Notes: generated by a model not told the origin, from the sequence alone. A stretch of 53,615 nt of DNA from Thraustochytrium aureum (GCA_012862495.1 BLSG01000385.1:111399-165013); one strand, 5' to 3'; counted from the stretch's first letter, positions 34,927-47,322 are shown. Numbers and translations: made by a program.

Positions 34927-36058
34927 CTATGGGGCCACATCCGTCCCCGAGGGCCTGTTTGGGAAGCGAAGAGCGTCTGTGGTGGTCGAGGCCGAGTTGC
35001 CGTCCCAAGCCCCCACAGAGTTCGGGGCTATCGTTTTGCTCAAGCGCGATTTTTGGCTCATCATCGTCCCACCAAAATTCGCTCGCACGCTATCTTCGGT
35101 CTCAAAGTACTTGATCGCCTCATTCGCAAGATAAACGAAACTCAATGGCCGCGAAATGGATAGTGCTCTTGACAGGTAGCAGGAAATCGGGGGCGCTGGG
35201 ACACTGACGATAGATGCAGACATCGCCTGCAGGAAGAAGATGAGGATGTAGATTTTGCACTTTTGCAGCAAATCCTTGATTTTGGCGATGGCAACAGAGC
35301 TCACTGCCTTGTTTGAATGGGCCAAGATGAGCGAGAAGCGGCCGCCTTGAACAGTCGCAAAGTACCAGAGATATGCAGTGAACAAGAATTGCGACGTCGC
35401 ACCGATGATAATGCTCCACAGTTCTTCTTCGGCAAAGCCGAGACAAGTTGCGGCAGTGATGAAGACAAAGTACAGACAACTATAGACGAGAATTCGCCTC
35501 CGCGCGCGAGTGAGTTGAACCTGGCCGTTCGGCGACGCTCGTCAGAAGCGGTCCCTCAATCGCAGTCGGAGTCTTTGCAAGGCGACTTACCATGCCCACT
35601 AGTTCGACAAGCTCCATCCACAGGAGGAATATCACGACCAGCACACCGGAGAGGGCAGACGGCGGAACCGAGTTGTTGTAAATCTGGAAATACCGAGACC
35701 GCTCCTCGATCTCGCTCAGAAGCTCCATCCGGTTCTCTGGGCACTCGGGCATCCCGACTCTGCGATCAATCCACCGTAAATCCGTGATCTCAAGCGCAGT
35801 TGCGCCTAGGGCTGAAAGGAGAGCGATATACAGCATGAATGTGCACTGCGACCGCCGCAAGACAACGCGATTTTCGCCACAGATCGAAAACACCGCATTG
35901 CGCTTGAGGTATGCGTGCAAGCGGACCAATCGGAGCAGCACAATGCAAACGCACCCCAGCGTAAGCGACGCGATAGCGATGGAGAATTTGATTTGCGTGG
36001 CGTACCCTGTGCACAAGATCGATGCCGTTGCATTCCGACTCTTTTCACCTGTACACAT
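34927..36058 (-). CDS. Orphan 7-transmembrane protein (paralog 1); exons 36058-35591 and 35520-34927
   Basis: A 70-nt intron GTAAGT...CTGAC...CCAG joins LVGM|VQLTRARRRILVYSCLYF in frame to give ~353 aa. About seven hydrophobic segments; LLWMELV and IKYFE motifs are shared with the genes at 46141 and 48395. Confidence 0.75.
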
Positions 36059-37052
36059 TGCTCAATCTTCAGCAACCCACTTGACTTTCTCTGCTCGCCG
36101 CCGCGCAAGCCTTTTCTGCTGCGTCACTTGGGCATTGACGAGCAACCGGCGCGTGCAGCCGCCGTGTGTGGCGCGCAGCTCCTCGTCCGCCGCTGCACTT
36201 GCGCGCCCGACTCCGACGGGTCTGCCTCGCCTGCTCAACCGAGGTGTTTGCCTGTTGCGCGTCGGTGTCGTCTTGAGGAACTGGCAGATGGTGGGTAGAG
36301 AAGAGCCAGATGAGAAGACGGACGGTGAGGCGAGCTGCAGGTTTTGGATTTGATAAGCTGCGAGCAAGCCGCTCTGCGCTCTCTGCAACGCTCTTTTTTG
36401 CGACTCCAGAGTTAGCGGAGATAAAAAGAAGATCGCGAAATGTCTCTCTGCATGCGTACTTGCTCAGTGCTAAGCAGTTTGCCACTCAACGAGCAGGTTT
36501 CCGTGCGGTCGATTCTCCACCATCCCAGGCCAAGTCAAGCCGGCCCCGCATCGGAATTCTCCGCCGCCCAGCCAGCAAAACAGTCGAATTGAAATTGCGC
36601 AGACCCAGCCCACCCAGCGTCCAACCGACAGAAAACGGGTGCAAGCCGCGCGGCATCGCCCTGCCGCCGCACCGCTCCTCCGAGTCCGAGCATCGAGCAA
36701 CCGGCTCCCCACCACCACAACTACATCAACGGCTATGTCATACGAATAAAGAATACATCCTCCAAGGGACACACCTTCGTGCCGCCCACATTCCATTCAT
36801 CGAAACGCATACGCAGAACAAAAGGAGCAGTACGTTGGACGTGCACACGTTCGTTCGTTCGTTCGTCGAAACGCAAAATCGTCACGACAGGAATGCCAGA
36901 ACAGAGCCCGCGGCGGGACAAAGCCATCGAACGCGCACAAGGCGGCCGGGCCCTCGGGAGCGGGCGCAGAGTGCACGCGGTCGCGCGGTAGATCGCGACG
37001 GATTCCTCGTGCAGCGTGGGTTCGCTGGCCGGCCTCCTTCACAGGGCGGAAG

Positions 37053-37965
37053 ATGGCCGATTTGGGCGGAGATGGGACGATGGAGGCGTTGGAAGTGGAC
37101 CGCGCTGCGAGGCGTGCGAGGCGCATCGAGGCTCTCGAGAAGCACAGGCTGCGCGTGAAAGAGGCGCACCCGGAGATGTTTCGCGAGGAGCGGATGGACG
37201 TGCTCGGAAGGTGAGTTCGAGGACCGGCCGGTTTGCTGAACGGTGGGACGCGCGGCAGGCGCTGACGTCAACTGCGCGCGCAGGCTTTCTGCTGAGGCGC
37301 TCGGGCTGTTCGCGAAAGGAGTAGGGGGGCAGAATGCGCAAAGGACGCTGCGTATGTCGACGGAAGAAGCTGAAGCCGCGCGCTTGGCGCAGGAGGATAG
37401 GGAACGAACGGCTAGTGCATCGCATCGAACGCGCTGGTGCGCCGCCGCCGCCGCTCCTCAAGCAAACCGGGCAGCGACCTCATCCACCAGCGCAAATGAC
37501 GCAATTGCGCGTGTCCTAGAGATGCTGAGGAGCTCCAACGTGCGCCCTGCTGTCCCTGGCCAAACATTCGCACAATCAGACGATGACGACGACGAAGTCG
37601 AACAACCTGCGCGCAAGGCAGGTTCGCCCTCACCCGAGCCAAGAGCTGCCGCCCGCCGCCCTTGGCTGGAAGGGAGTCACCACAACAACGAAAACGTCAA
37701 CTCGCAGGCCGGCCCGAGGCTGCAAACAGGTGACGTGAAACCACGAAAGAATGCGGACACGTCGAGCGCCGGCGAGGGGCGCACGGATCGGTTCGCAGAG
37801 CAACTTGAACTCGAACAAGTTATCGCACTAGAGGATTGCGAGGAAACGCAAGGCGGTCGGCTTGCGCAGCTCGGCTGCGCCGACGCGCTTCCTCCCGCTC
37901 GGTTCGACAACTTCTGCGACGCTGAGTCGGATAGTGAGGGTGAAAGCGGCACGCCAGGCGGGTAG
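37053..37965 (+). CDS. Hypothetical low-complexity protein; exons 37053-37210 and 37284-37965
   Basis: MADLGGDG...MDVLG-R is joined by a 73-nt GTGAGT...CTGAC...GCAG intron in frame to LSAEALGLFAKG of ORF 37243..37965. Confidence 0.6.
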
Positions 37966-38056
37966 CCAGGCGGCGGTCTCCTCAACGACAGAACAAACGC
38001 GTGCTCCGTTTCGATTGAATGTGACCTACCTCAGCCCAATGCTGCCCCCACGTGAG

Positions 38057-39025
38057 CTAGAGAAGCGCATGAGCGTCCAGGCCTAAGCTGGCCAGGCCGA
38101 GCGCTTCGAGCTCTGCCAAAATGGCCCGACCGAGACGAGGGCGAACGCCCGGGTTGCCTCTCGGGCCGGTTTCGACGCTGCTGTTGATCAAGGCGCTTTG
38201 TTTGCCCAATTGCTGCTCTGCATCGGGTGCTTTGCCACGATGTTGAGTAGGTTTGGCAAGCTCCTTTCCTCCTCGCGAGCCCCCAAATCCCGATCCACGG
38301 CTTGCCTTGAGTGGGGCTTGCAAGGCAGCCGCGCCTGCGAGAGTAGCGACACTGCTCAGCCGCGTTGGCCGTGAATTTTCCAAGCCAACAGTTTGGGTAC
38401 GGCGGCGTTTTCGCCTCGCAGGAGCGGACGGGTGCTCGTTCTGAGCATCCTGATGCAGATGCAACACCTGTCGGCCCGTCCGAAAGCCGCCGAGGGGGCT
38501 AGCGGTCTGTATCTCCTTGTTGACCGAATCTTGCGCACACAGTTCCTTGTTGAGAGTCCTCTGAAGAAGCACTCTCGCGTCTGCGTCGACGTGGGCAACA
38601 TCCTTCACAGCGCTGAGGAAGCCAACGCCATCGCCGCTTTGGAGGGCGCACCTTGTTTCGCGAGTTTCTTCGCACGCCTTTCTTTCGCTTCCCGTGGACG
38701 GGCGGCTGTTGAACGCTTCGTCATCGCTGACCTCGTACTGAAACGAAATCATGCTTTGCTTCCTTGCGAGGGGCTGCTTCGGCTTGGGCTGGTTTTGCAT
38801 ACGCTCGCTCTGGACTAGAGTCGTTCTCGTTGGTGTCCCAGATGTCAGATTTCCTCCCGACGAGATCGGCCTCTCCGAGCCATTCACAAGTACGGGGGGC
38901 CAAGGCTCCTTGTTGGCTCGTCGCGATTGGTTCGGCGGCGCAGCAGCAGCCTCGAACTTGAATCCTTCAAGGGCCTGCCATGGAGCTCCCACGATGAATA
39001 CCCGTTCGGCTGCGCCCGACACGCT
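38057..39025 (-). CDS. Hypothetical disordered protein, probably the last exon of a multi-exon gene
   Basis: 321-aa ORF preceded by acceptor-like ctgacag. Donor-like GTGAGT (~39079) and GTAAGT (~39191) lie upstream, but exon phases could not be resolved. Confidence 0.4.
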   Translation of the reverse strand, partial: SVSGAAERVFIVGAPWQALEGFKFEAAAAPPNQSRRANKEPWPPVLVNGSERPISSGGNLTSGTPTRTTLVQSERMQNQPKPKQPLARKQSMISFQYEVSDDEAFNSRPSTGSERKACEETRETRCALQSGDGVGFLSAVKDVAHVDADARVLLQRTLNKELCAQDSVNKEIQTASPLGGFRTGRQVLHLHQDAQNEHPSAPARRKRRRTQTVGLENSRPTRLSSVATLAGAAALQAPLKASRGSGFGGSRGGKELAKPTQHRGKAPDAEQQLGKQSALINSSVETGPRGNPGVRPRLGRAILAELEALGLASLGLDAHALL

Positions 39026-39999
39026 CTGTCAGGAAACAATCAAATCAGCGCCGCCAGGTCGAACTGTTCAAGAACTCACCGCCACTTGTCTCGAAGAGCT
39101 TGGTGATCCGCGTCGTTCGGGGCAGGACGACGCCGCTTTGCAGGCGTCAGCCCTTTGCGAGAGACGCGTTCCGGGTGCGTTGAGGACTTACTTATCGAGC
39201 GTGACGACAGGGCATTCCACGGCGGACCCTGAAACTGACGCAATGCGCGCGGTCTTCATGCCGTATTGAGAGGTAGTTACGTGGAGTCGTTCGGTGAATT
39301 CGGCGTCGTCTTTCGTGTCAGCGTTGTCGTTCGTTTCCGCATCCGGCCCGCCCGCATGGCCACCTTCCGCACGTCTCTGCGGCAACGCAGCGACTCCGTG
39401 GCTGGGGACCTACCACTGGGTTTCGACGCGCCCCGCGAGACGCGTCGATGTAGCGTATCCCGTCGCCTGCACGTAGCACGTCCGCTGTACCAGTAGGACC
39501 GTGACAAGTCTCGCCCCGTTGGGAACGCACCTCGCCAGCTTGCGCCGGCCCTCCGCGCTGCGCGTCCTCCTCGGCCAGCCATGCGCCACTGCATGGCTCC
39601 GTGACCGCGCGTGGTCGTGCTGCCTGCGGGCCGTGCGGCTGCTGCGAGCGCTGTGCGTGCGCAACCTCGTTGGCGCAAATCCCAGTCGGGCGTGAGACCA
39701 TCGCCGCAACAGCGGCCTCGGCACTCGTTGGCGCTTGCGCAGCTCGCCGTCGCTCTTGCTAGCACGCAAGCGGCTGCAACAGGTTGGATTGGCGCAAGGC
39801 TGGACTTCGCCGTGGGGCAGGACGCCGGGTCGCGCTGCGGAACTCCAACGCAAGGCGACGCAACGCCATTTCTTGCAACAGACCGTGTTCACATGATTCA
39901 CATCATCATCAAGAGAGCCCATGGGCCTCGAGCATGGCGTAGACTACTTTCGCTGCAGCAGTCGAGCGGCCGACCGCACGAGTTGCTTTCAGCGGCGGG

Positions 40000-42816
40000 C
40001 TAGGTAAAGTTCCCCAGGAGGCGGCGCACGCGCATGTCGAGGTCAGTTTCGAGGTTGTCGAGGTGGTTTCGAGACTTTGTGGCCCACCGCTCTGTGCACC
40101 ATGGGTCAACGCCATCGGCGAAGACCGGAGGCTGAGAAGACTGCTCGCAGGAACCAGCATCCTTTGCTTCGCCGAGGATGCGGCGCTCAAACGCTTTGAT
40201 GCGCTGGTCGCGCTGATCCAGCTTGTCGCTCAGAGCACGCAAGAACGCGCGGAGCTTGGCGTTCTCAGATGAGAGCTGGCTTGTGAGACTGTCTCGGCTC
40301 TCGTCGTTCGCCTCTTCGTGTGATTTCCTGACGTTTGAAGCCTCGTTGGCGTCCAAACTTGAGGCGCTCTCCCCGCGTCGAACACCGTCTTGGCGCAAGC
40401 GCCACGCTAACGCAGCTGAGGCGGCCTGCATCTCAGAGACCTGCTGTTGCAGCTGAGCGGAACGGCGTTCAGCCTCCTCCTGCAGTATTGCGATGCGCTC
40501 CATCGCCTCTGCTCGAAGTGTCGCCATCGCGCGGACGTGCAAGCGCTTCTGCTCGGCAAGACGCGACTCGGCGCGCTCGGCGCGCTCGCGCTGCTCCGAA
40601 ATCGCTCTGTCGGCTGCGAGGATTCGGGCCGTGAACGAGGCCTCGTTGCTGGCCGACTCTTCGCTAAAGGTATGTAGTTGACGCTCTATGTGGTGCTCCA
40701 GTTCTGCCGCACGCTCTCGCATGCGGGCCAGCTCGCTCTCGGCCTCCTTGCGCCTGGAGGCTTCTTTGGCAAGCTGAGACTGGACATTTGCAATTTCTGC
40801 CGACTGCTCGCGCGTACGTTGTGCACTCTGACGATGGTGCGCAATCTCTTGCTCGAGCCAGTGCAGCTTTTCCTCGGCCACCTGGGCCTCTCTATCTGCA
40901 TCTGCGAGGGCTGCAACGTAGCGCTCCACTAGAGCAGCATTCTCTGCTTCTGCTCTCTCGCCCTTCGCTTCCAATGTCCCGATCCTGGACTTGAGCTCAA
41001 CATTTTCAGCTCCTGCCGAGGCAAGTGCGAGCGCGTACTCTTCGATGACAGCATGGTTGGCCTCCTCGCCAACGTCAACAACGCGGGAAAGCTCTTGAAG
41101 GCGCCCCGAATCTGCTGCTACACGCGCGCGAAGGGCCGCAGCCTCGCTCTGGGAGGCCTGAAGCTCGCGGAGCGCATCGTCACGGGCCTCCGCTGCCGCT
41201 GCCGCCTCTAGTTTCAGATCGGATGCCAATTGGCGGAGTTCCGCCTCCACGCGCTTCTCGTTCGCCTCGTGCTGCAACTGCGACCGCAGCGCCTCGAGCT
41301 CGAGGTTTGCGGCGTCGAGTTCGTCCAGCGCCTCGCGGATGCGACTCTGGTCTGAGAGCTCGCGCAGCGCGGCTAGCTTGAGTTGCCGTGCCTTTGACGT
41401 TTCCAATGCGACAAATCGGCGCCAGAGCTCGACTTCCCTCGAGCGCAGCGCGTCAAGTTGGCCCTGGGCGTTACAGTCACTGACGTTATCCGTCACGCCC
41501 ATGTTGCGCTGGAAACGTGCCTGCGCAGCCAGCGCGGCTTGGGCTGCAGCTGCTTGCAAGCAAATTCGGGTCAGCTTCGCGCAGTGCTCTTGCCGCAACT
41601 GTGCTGCAGAGAGCACCTGTTCTGCGTCCGCTTTCGTCATTCCATCGCGGAGCCTGGCAACCTCAAGCTGGGCCTTCGTGAGCAGCGTCTTAAGCTGCCA
41701 GGCGGGCGTCTCCTGATTGATCTTGGCCACGTTCTCAATAAGCTTGGCCCGCGAACCAAACCGCAGCGTAGATATCGTCTCGTGTAGATTTAGCGAGGAG
41801 GGAGAGCAGCACACAACAAGCGCCGTCTTTGCATTTCCACCAAGCGACTCCTGCAGCACCCTTGTCAGTTTCGAGTCGCGATACGGAACGTGGGCCGAGG
41901 TGGCGTCAGTCAGCGCGTTGATCACGTTCCCGAGGGCCGAGAGCGACTGGTTGATCTTTTTGGCCTCTTCGAGCCGGGCGCCGACTGAGCCTGTCTTGCG
42001 GACCTTTTCAGAGCCCGCTAGGTCGACAAGCACGAGCTTGCCCCGGCGCTTGCACTGTGACCGTGCGTCGCTCTGATGTATCGTCACCGTGAAAAGCGAG
42101 TGGCTCCGGGACGAGACCTTGTTCATTTTCGTGTCAGCGGTTGAGCGGTTCTTCTGCCCGGTCTTCAAGATCTCGAGGAGCCCGCGCTCGTCGCTGAGTG
42201 CCACTTCGCAGGCCCCCTCAACCCAAACGCCTTGGCCGGGGTCCTCGCGGATCTGCAAGTTTCGGCGCGAGGCGTCCAGCAGGTCGTTAACTCGCTCCAT
42301 GTATATCTCCACCATGGAAACCGACAGCCGGAACTCGACGCCGGGTGGAGCATCGGCAATGCCCTGGAAAAGAGCTGTCACAGCACGCGGCATGAGACCC
42401 TTTGTTTCGTCCTCCCAGGGCGACGGGCCCTCCATCGTGAACGTCTTCCCGGCCGAAGTTTGCCCATACGCGAAAACGGTCCCATTATAGCCCTGCAGTG
42501 CAGCGTCCACGACAGGCCGACCAATGTACTCGAAAACATCGGCTTGGGTCGACTCCCCAGAGAAGGCGCGGTCAAACTTGAACTGGATGGCCGAGTCTTC
42601 TTCGCTGGTGTCGCGCACGGTTACGGTCTGGCTATCATGATCGATGGAGACGCATTCTTCGCCCCCCCGCTTCGCCTCGCCGGTACTTTGGGGCCGAATG
42701 CGGCACGAAACGCGAATGGTGTCTTTGCCGCCCTCTTTGATGGACGCTCGCCTTGTTCGAGTTGATTCGGCTCTGGGTGCAGTCGCGCCTTCATCGGAAC
42801 CAGGTGTGAAGCCCAT
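40000..42816 (-). CDS. Kinesin-1-like heavy chain (N-terminal motor plus long coiled coil)
   Basis: IRVSCRIRP, P-loop GQTSAGKT, NKVSSRSH, LVDLAGSE, HVPYRDSKLTRVLQESLGGNAKT and TLRFGSRAK. The start codon is uncertain. Confidence 0.9.
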   Translation of the reverse strand: MGFTPGSDEGATAPRAESTRTRRASIKEGGKDTIRVSCRIRPQSTGEAKRGGEECVSIDHDSQTVTVRDTSEEDSAIQFKFDRAFSGESTQADVFEYIGRPVVDAALQGYNGTVFAYGQTSAGKTFTMEGPSPWEDETKGLMPRAVTALFQGIADAPPGVEFRLSVSMVEIYMERVNDLLDASRRNLQIREDPGQGVWVEGACEVALSDERGLLEILKTGQKNRSTADTKMNKVSSRSHSLFTVTIHQSDARSQCKRRGKLVLVDLAGSEKVRKTGSVGARLEEAKKINQSLSALGNVINALTDATSAHVPYRDSKLTRVLQESLGGNAKTALVVCCSPSSLNLHETISTLRFGSRAKLIENVAKINQETPAWQLKTLLTKAQLEVARLRDGMTKADAEQVLSAAQLRQEHCAKLTRICLQAAAAQAALAAQARFQRNMGVTDNVSDCNAQGQLDALRSREVELWRRFVALETSKARQLKLAALRELSDQSRIREALDELDAANLELEALRSQLQHEANEKRVEAELRQLASDLKLEAAAAAEARDDALRELQASQSEAAALRARVAADSGRLQELSRVVDVGEEANHAVIEEYALALASAGAENVELKSRIGTLEAKGERAEAENAALVERYVAALADADREAQVAEEKLHWLEQEIAHHRQSAQRTREQSAEIANVQSQLAKEASRRKEAESELARMRERAAELEHHIERQLHTFSEESASNEASFTARILAADRAISEQRERAERAESRLAEQKRLHVRAMATLRAEAMERIAILQEEAERRSAQLQQQVSEMQAASAALAWRLRQDGVRRGESASSLDANEASNVRKSHEEANDESRDSLTSQLSSENAKLRAFLRALSDKLDQRDQRIKAFERRILGEAKDAGSCEQSSQPPVFADGVDPWCTERWATKSRNHLDNLETDLDMRVRRLLGNFT

Positions 42817-44064
42817 CAAGGCGTGCCTATTCGACGACACGCTGGGCTCACTGCGCCCCACGACGGCGCAGCGCGGCGGAGCAGGCGATGCGCACTTGAT
42901 CTATCTGGTGCTTGATTTGGTCGTCGACGAAGCGCGCGGAGTCGGCGGCAAAACAGTGTTTGCAAAACCGAACCGTATTTTTCAAAAATTCGGGGTGGAG
43001 CGATCGATTCGGGGCGTGCACCTGCAAGAGGTAGTCCGTTGATACCTCGAGTGCTTTGCTCCTCGTTGCCTGCCTGTTGCTTGCTAGTGTTTGTAGGCAG
43101 CAAACCTGCAAGCATGAATTGTTTGGCTTTTGCGAGCGGTCCTCTGTACACCTGGAAGCTGTCTTCTTCAAGCCTCCGACGGCCCGGCGCGAAACTTGGA
43201 CCTTGCCAGCGGATGGTGCGCCTGCAGAGGCGATTCTCCCACAATCAAAGATGCTGGCAAATGCTGGCGCCTGTGAGGCCACACAGGCACCGCTTTCTGC
43301 CAGGAGCCGAATGCCAAGCAACGAAACCTGAGGAGAGGGCATCATACGCCGCAAGCCGCAAATTTCGCATGCTCCCACTTGTGCGGAAAATAGAATGCGA
43401 CTTGCTTTCACGCAGCGACGGCGTATCAGGTATCTAACTCGAATGGTGCTCAAGCGTGCAGCCAGGCTTCGTCTCCAATGCCGCTCCGCGCCACCCGGAA
43501 TAATCCAAACCACCACCTCCAAATAAAAAAGCGCTGCCTCCGCAGTGCCGATGGCTGCCGTTCCGTCCACCGCCTCCACACCAAACGGAAAACCAACGCA
43601 CGCGCAGGCCAGGCAGGCGTCGCTCGCTCGGCAGCTCCCAACGAACGCTCCATCGTCTGACTATCCGTTGGATCCGTTGGGTTGAAGGAGTACAAGCTCT
43701 GCGCCCATCGGCAAAATGCGCGAAGCCACGGTATCCCACGTAGTGTGGTTTCGCGCGTTGGTCCGAACGTACGAATGCGTCGCACATTTTGCGAGACTGG
43801 AGCGGCTGCTGCACAACGCGCAACGCGACGCAACGGCTGCGGCGACCGCGGCGGGCAGGTTGATTCTGCCTCCAAGCGCCGTGCTAGTCTGTCGTTTTCA
43901 TATTGCTCGCCGCCTGGCTGTGCGAGCTGACGTGCGCCTCCAGCGCCCACGTCGGCTGAGCGCCAACGAGCGCTTGATCGCTGTGCCTGGGCGGCGTTCG
44001 CCGGTCGTCTCTGGCCAGTGTGGCTTGGGCGAAGTTGGTGCAGATTTCACGCAGCGCAGACGCG

Positions 44065-44824
44065 ATGGGCAGCGGGAGCGATCCGGCTTCAGAAGCCGTG
44101 CGGACGGTTCATGTTCCGGACATCATACGGTGAGTTGGAAGGCGTGCGGCCAACCCGTCTCAACGCAAAACCTGCGCGCGGGTCGCTGGGTGCTTGGTGC
44201 TGGGCGCTGAAGGAGGCTGACGGACGCGAGGCTGCGGCCTAGGATCAAAGTGACGTCCATGGGTGACGGCGGCGTAGGCAAGAGTTGCATCATCAAGCGC
44301 TACTGCGAGGTGAGTGCGACCGCCGCCGCTACGATCTGCCAGCTGTGCAAGCGGCGGAAACGAAAACTGACCTTCGCTTGCGCCAACAGGAGAGATTCGT
44401 GTCCAAATACATCACGACAATCGGCGTCGACTATGGCGTCAAAACGGTCGACGTCGACGGGTACGAGGTGCGCGTGAACTTTTGGGACCTCAGCGGGCAC
44501 CCCGAGTTTTTCGATGTGAGAAATGAGTTTTACAAGGACACGCAAGGGGCGATGCTTGTTTTCGATCTGGGCTCGCGCAAGTCGTTCGACTCGCTGGAGA
44601 ACTGGCTTGGCGAAGCTCGGAAATTCGGCTGCAGTGAGAAGACCGTGCAATTTGTCCTGGTTGGGAACAAGAGCGACAAGAAGCGCCTCGTCACAGAGCA
44701 AGAAGCCAGCTCGTGGGCGCGTGAACGAGGCTTTCCTTATTTTGAGACGTCTGCAAACACGGGCGTCAACGTGACAGAGATGTTTGAAGCCCTGTTCGAG
44801 AAGGTTGTGCGCCGAGTCATGTAG
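44065..44824 (+). CDS. RJL: RJL-family small GTPase (Rjl, DNAJC27-like without J domain); exons 44065-44129, 44243-44309, 44390-44824
   Basis: Two phase-consistent GTGAGT..CTGAC..AG introns give RIKVTSMGDGGVGKSCIIKRYCEERFVSKYITTIGVDYGVK, DLSGHPEFFDVRNEFYKDTQG, GNKSD and ETSA. No C-terminal prenylation Cys. Confidence 0.9.
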
Positions 44825-46140
44825 CGGCTGGCGTTTGATGGAGTACAATTAAGCGCATTTTCTTGAAGCCTGGTCTTCCCAAAAAAGCACCACGTCTGCC
44901 TCTCGGCAGGGCCTGTGTGCGACGGCCAAGCTTGGCTCATCGCACGGGCTGGCAAGCCAGAGAACTCCCTTCGCCCGCTTTGCAGCTGATCTGTCCTCAA
45001 CCACGCCCATGCNNNNNNNNNNNNNNNNNNNNNNNNNNNNNNNNNNNNNNNNNNNNNNNNNNNNNNNNNNNNNNNNNNNNNNNNNNNNNNNNNNNNNNNN
45101 NNNNNNNNNNNNNNNNNNNNNNNNNNNNNNNNNNNNNNNNNNNNNNNNNNNNNNNNNNNNNNNNNNNNNNNNNNNNNNNNNNNNNNNNNCGCTTCTCCAC
45201 GCCTAGCCTCGCTCGTTGCTGATCTGGCGGGTCTTGTGCAACCCGGGACGGTACAGCGCCATTGCTCGCAAGCATCCCATGCAACCGCTTGGCCATGGTT
45301 CACAGCGAGCGCCGTCCGTGGTGCAAAATCATTGCGGCCCCTGCCTTACATCTATCAGTGGAGAGAGAGAGCACCGAGTTCGTCAATCCTGCCGCGGCCG
45401 CCGGCCGACTTGATCTGCCCCGCTCTCCTCGCGGGCACCACAGGTTGGGGGTTGGTTGTCAGCGCGTTTCGCAGGCGGCCCGATCAACAAGCCGGTAAAT
45501 GTCCGTTGGACTGCAGAAACCCGAGCACCGGCTGCTGCAGCGCCGTCGTCATCACTCGCCAAGGAAGGCTGGCCCTGGCCCTGTTGGGCTGTTGGGATGT
45601 AGGGATTCGGACCCAACTTTAATGGTGCGGACCGCAGTCCTTTGCCGCGGCGGCGCAGACTGCATTTTTGCGACATGCCCCGGCCTCTACGGCGGCAACT
45701 CTGTGACAACAAGTTCAACCCACATGTCACGCCAAGTGCGGAGCCCCGCGCTGGTATCTGTGTGCAGTCTGAGAATTCTATCTCTCTGTGGCCGTCCTGT
45801 ACCTGTGTACCTGGCCGAGCGAGTTCTTGGCGGTCCTCTGACTTGACCTGTGTACCTGGCCGAGTTCCGTTGGGCGGCTGCTCTTCTGACCTGAAGCGGA
45901 TTTATCCACCCGCCTCTTGTTCGATCGAGCGAAAGACCTGCGTTCTCGGGCACAAGTCGGGCACAGTAGCCTGTGAGGCAAGCTGCGAGTGTGGTAGAGA
46001 AGGGTTCGATGCCTCTGCTGCCGTGCAGGTGCGCTTGCTCTCAGTATTGAATGGGTGTACAGAACATGAAGCGGGTGTGGTGAGCTCGGCTGGAGCTCCA
46101 ATTCCGCAACGTGGCCAAGACGCACCCCACCTGAGCCGAG

Positions 46141-47322
46141 ATGCTCATCGGTGCACTGGCCGCCCTTGTGGCCGCGGGGCCGAATGCGCAGGAGCGCGAC
46201 TGCGAGGCGGCAGCAGATGCCTTTCGAGCGCTCGACGCGACAAACAAGGGCAACATCATCTTCCTTGGCGTCGCACTTGTGAAGCTCATAACCGTTCTTG
46301 GCGCTCTCGCTCGGGAAGGTGTACTTGCCGGCAAGGCTCACAATGCAGCTGTTCGGATTCGGCGGCGCATCGTTGGCCTTGTCTTTGCATCAATCGTCGT
46401 CAAGTTTACGCTGTTGGCAATGCTCGATCACCTCGCACGACGTGGCGCAGCTGAGCTACGTGCCGACGAGGGCGTTTCATGCGCAACGCGTTCTGTCGAG
46501 AGAGCTTCCGAGCTCGAGCAAGACTTTGACTCTCTTGCGCGTGTCTTCCAAGCGTTGGCTCCGTTGCTTTTGAGCGGAGCTGTGGCGTTCACGATTCTCC
46601 TGTGGTTCGACCTGATGCTGGTCTCATGCGGCGAGCACTTTGCTTGGCACCGATCGATGTTGCGCGTGACTTTGGCGACTCTTGTTGCGTCGTCCGCGAT
46701 TTCGCTCGCAGGATTTCACGAGCCAGTGCGAGCGATTGGGGATCCAGTAAGCAAGTCACTGGAAGCTGCTTGCCTCCTCCACCTTGCGGCGCTGATGCGC
46801 GTCGTTGGGGGCGCTTTCTGCGGGCTGATATCGCGTGGCACCTTCAGCAACGACTACAAAAACACGGCGACCAAGAAAACGGGGCTGCTGATTGGCGCGG
46901 TTCGCGTCTGGGGTCTCTTCACCGTATCCTGTGCAGTGGTGGAGCTGTACTCGCTCGTGAGGCCTTTGTCCCCACTTCCCACGTTCATCACGGTGGGGTT
47001 TTACGCGGTGACCTTTTCGATGTGGACAGCCGTGGCTTATTGCATCTTGCACTACTACGAGCTCAGCACGGCGTTGCGGTCGATGCGCTCGCGTCGCGTA
47101 GCACCTCTGATCGCTGCAATCACTTCCGTGTCTGGTGCAGGCTCGACTGAGGCCAGTCAAGACAGCGCAAAGGGGGGCACAGGTTGGACTCTGGGCAGTA
47201 GTTCCCAGTCCAGCGCCCGTGCCCGGCAAGGCAGTGCAAGGTTTACTTTGCACTCAGACCAACGACCCCATAGACATGACCCAGCGAGATCTTCGCAGGA
47301 AAGGTCAGCATCGAGGGCGTAA
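46141..47322 (+). CDS. Orphan 7-transmembrane protein (paralog 2)
   Basis: 393-aa ORF with about seven hydrophobic segments, LLWFDLM, LHYYE and a Ser-rich tail. Confidence 0.7.
   Translation: MLIGALAALVAAGPNAQERDCEAAADAFRALDATNKGNIIFLGVALVKLITVLGALAREGVLAGKAHNAAVRIRRRIVGLVFASIVVKFTLLAMLDHLARRGAAELRADEGVSCATRSVERASELEQDFDSLARVFQALAPLLLSGAVAFTILLWFDLMLVSCGEHFAWHRSMLRVTLATLVASSAISLAGFHEPVRAIGDPVSKSLEAACLLHLAALMRVVGGAFCGLISRGTFSNDYKNTATKKTGLLIGAVRVWGLFTVSCAVVELYSLVRPLSPLPTFITVGFYAVTFSMWTAVAYCILHYYELSTALRSMRSRRVAPLIAAITSVSGAGSTEASQDSAKGGTGWTLGSSSQSSARARQGSARFTLHSDQRPHRHDPARSSQERSASRA

Noticed and set aside
44065..44085. N-myristoylation of RJL (MGSGSD)
   Set aside because: Asp rather than Ser/Thr at position 6 makes this a weak match.
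45801..45864. Duplicated acctgtgtacctggccgag 19-mer
   Set aside because: Two-copy local duplication in intergenic DNA without further structure.
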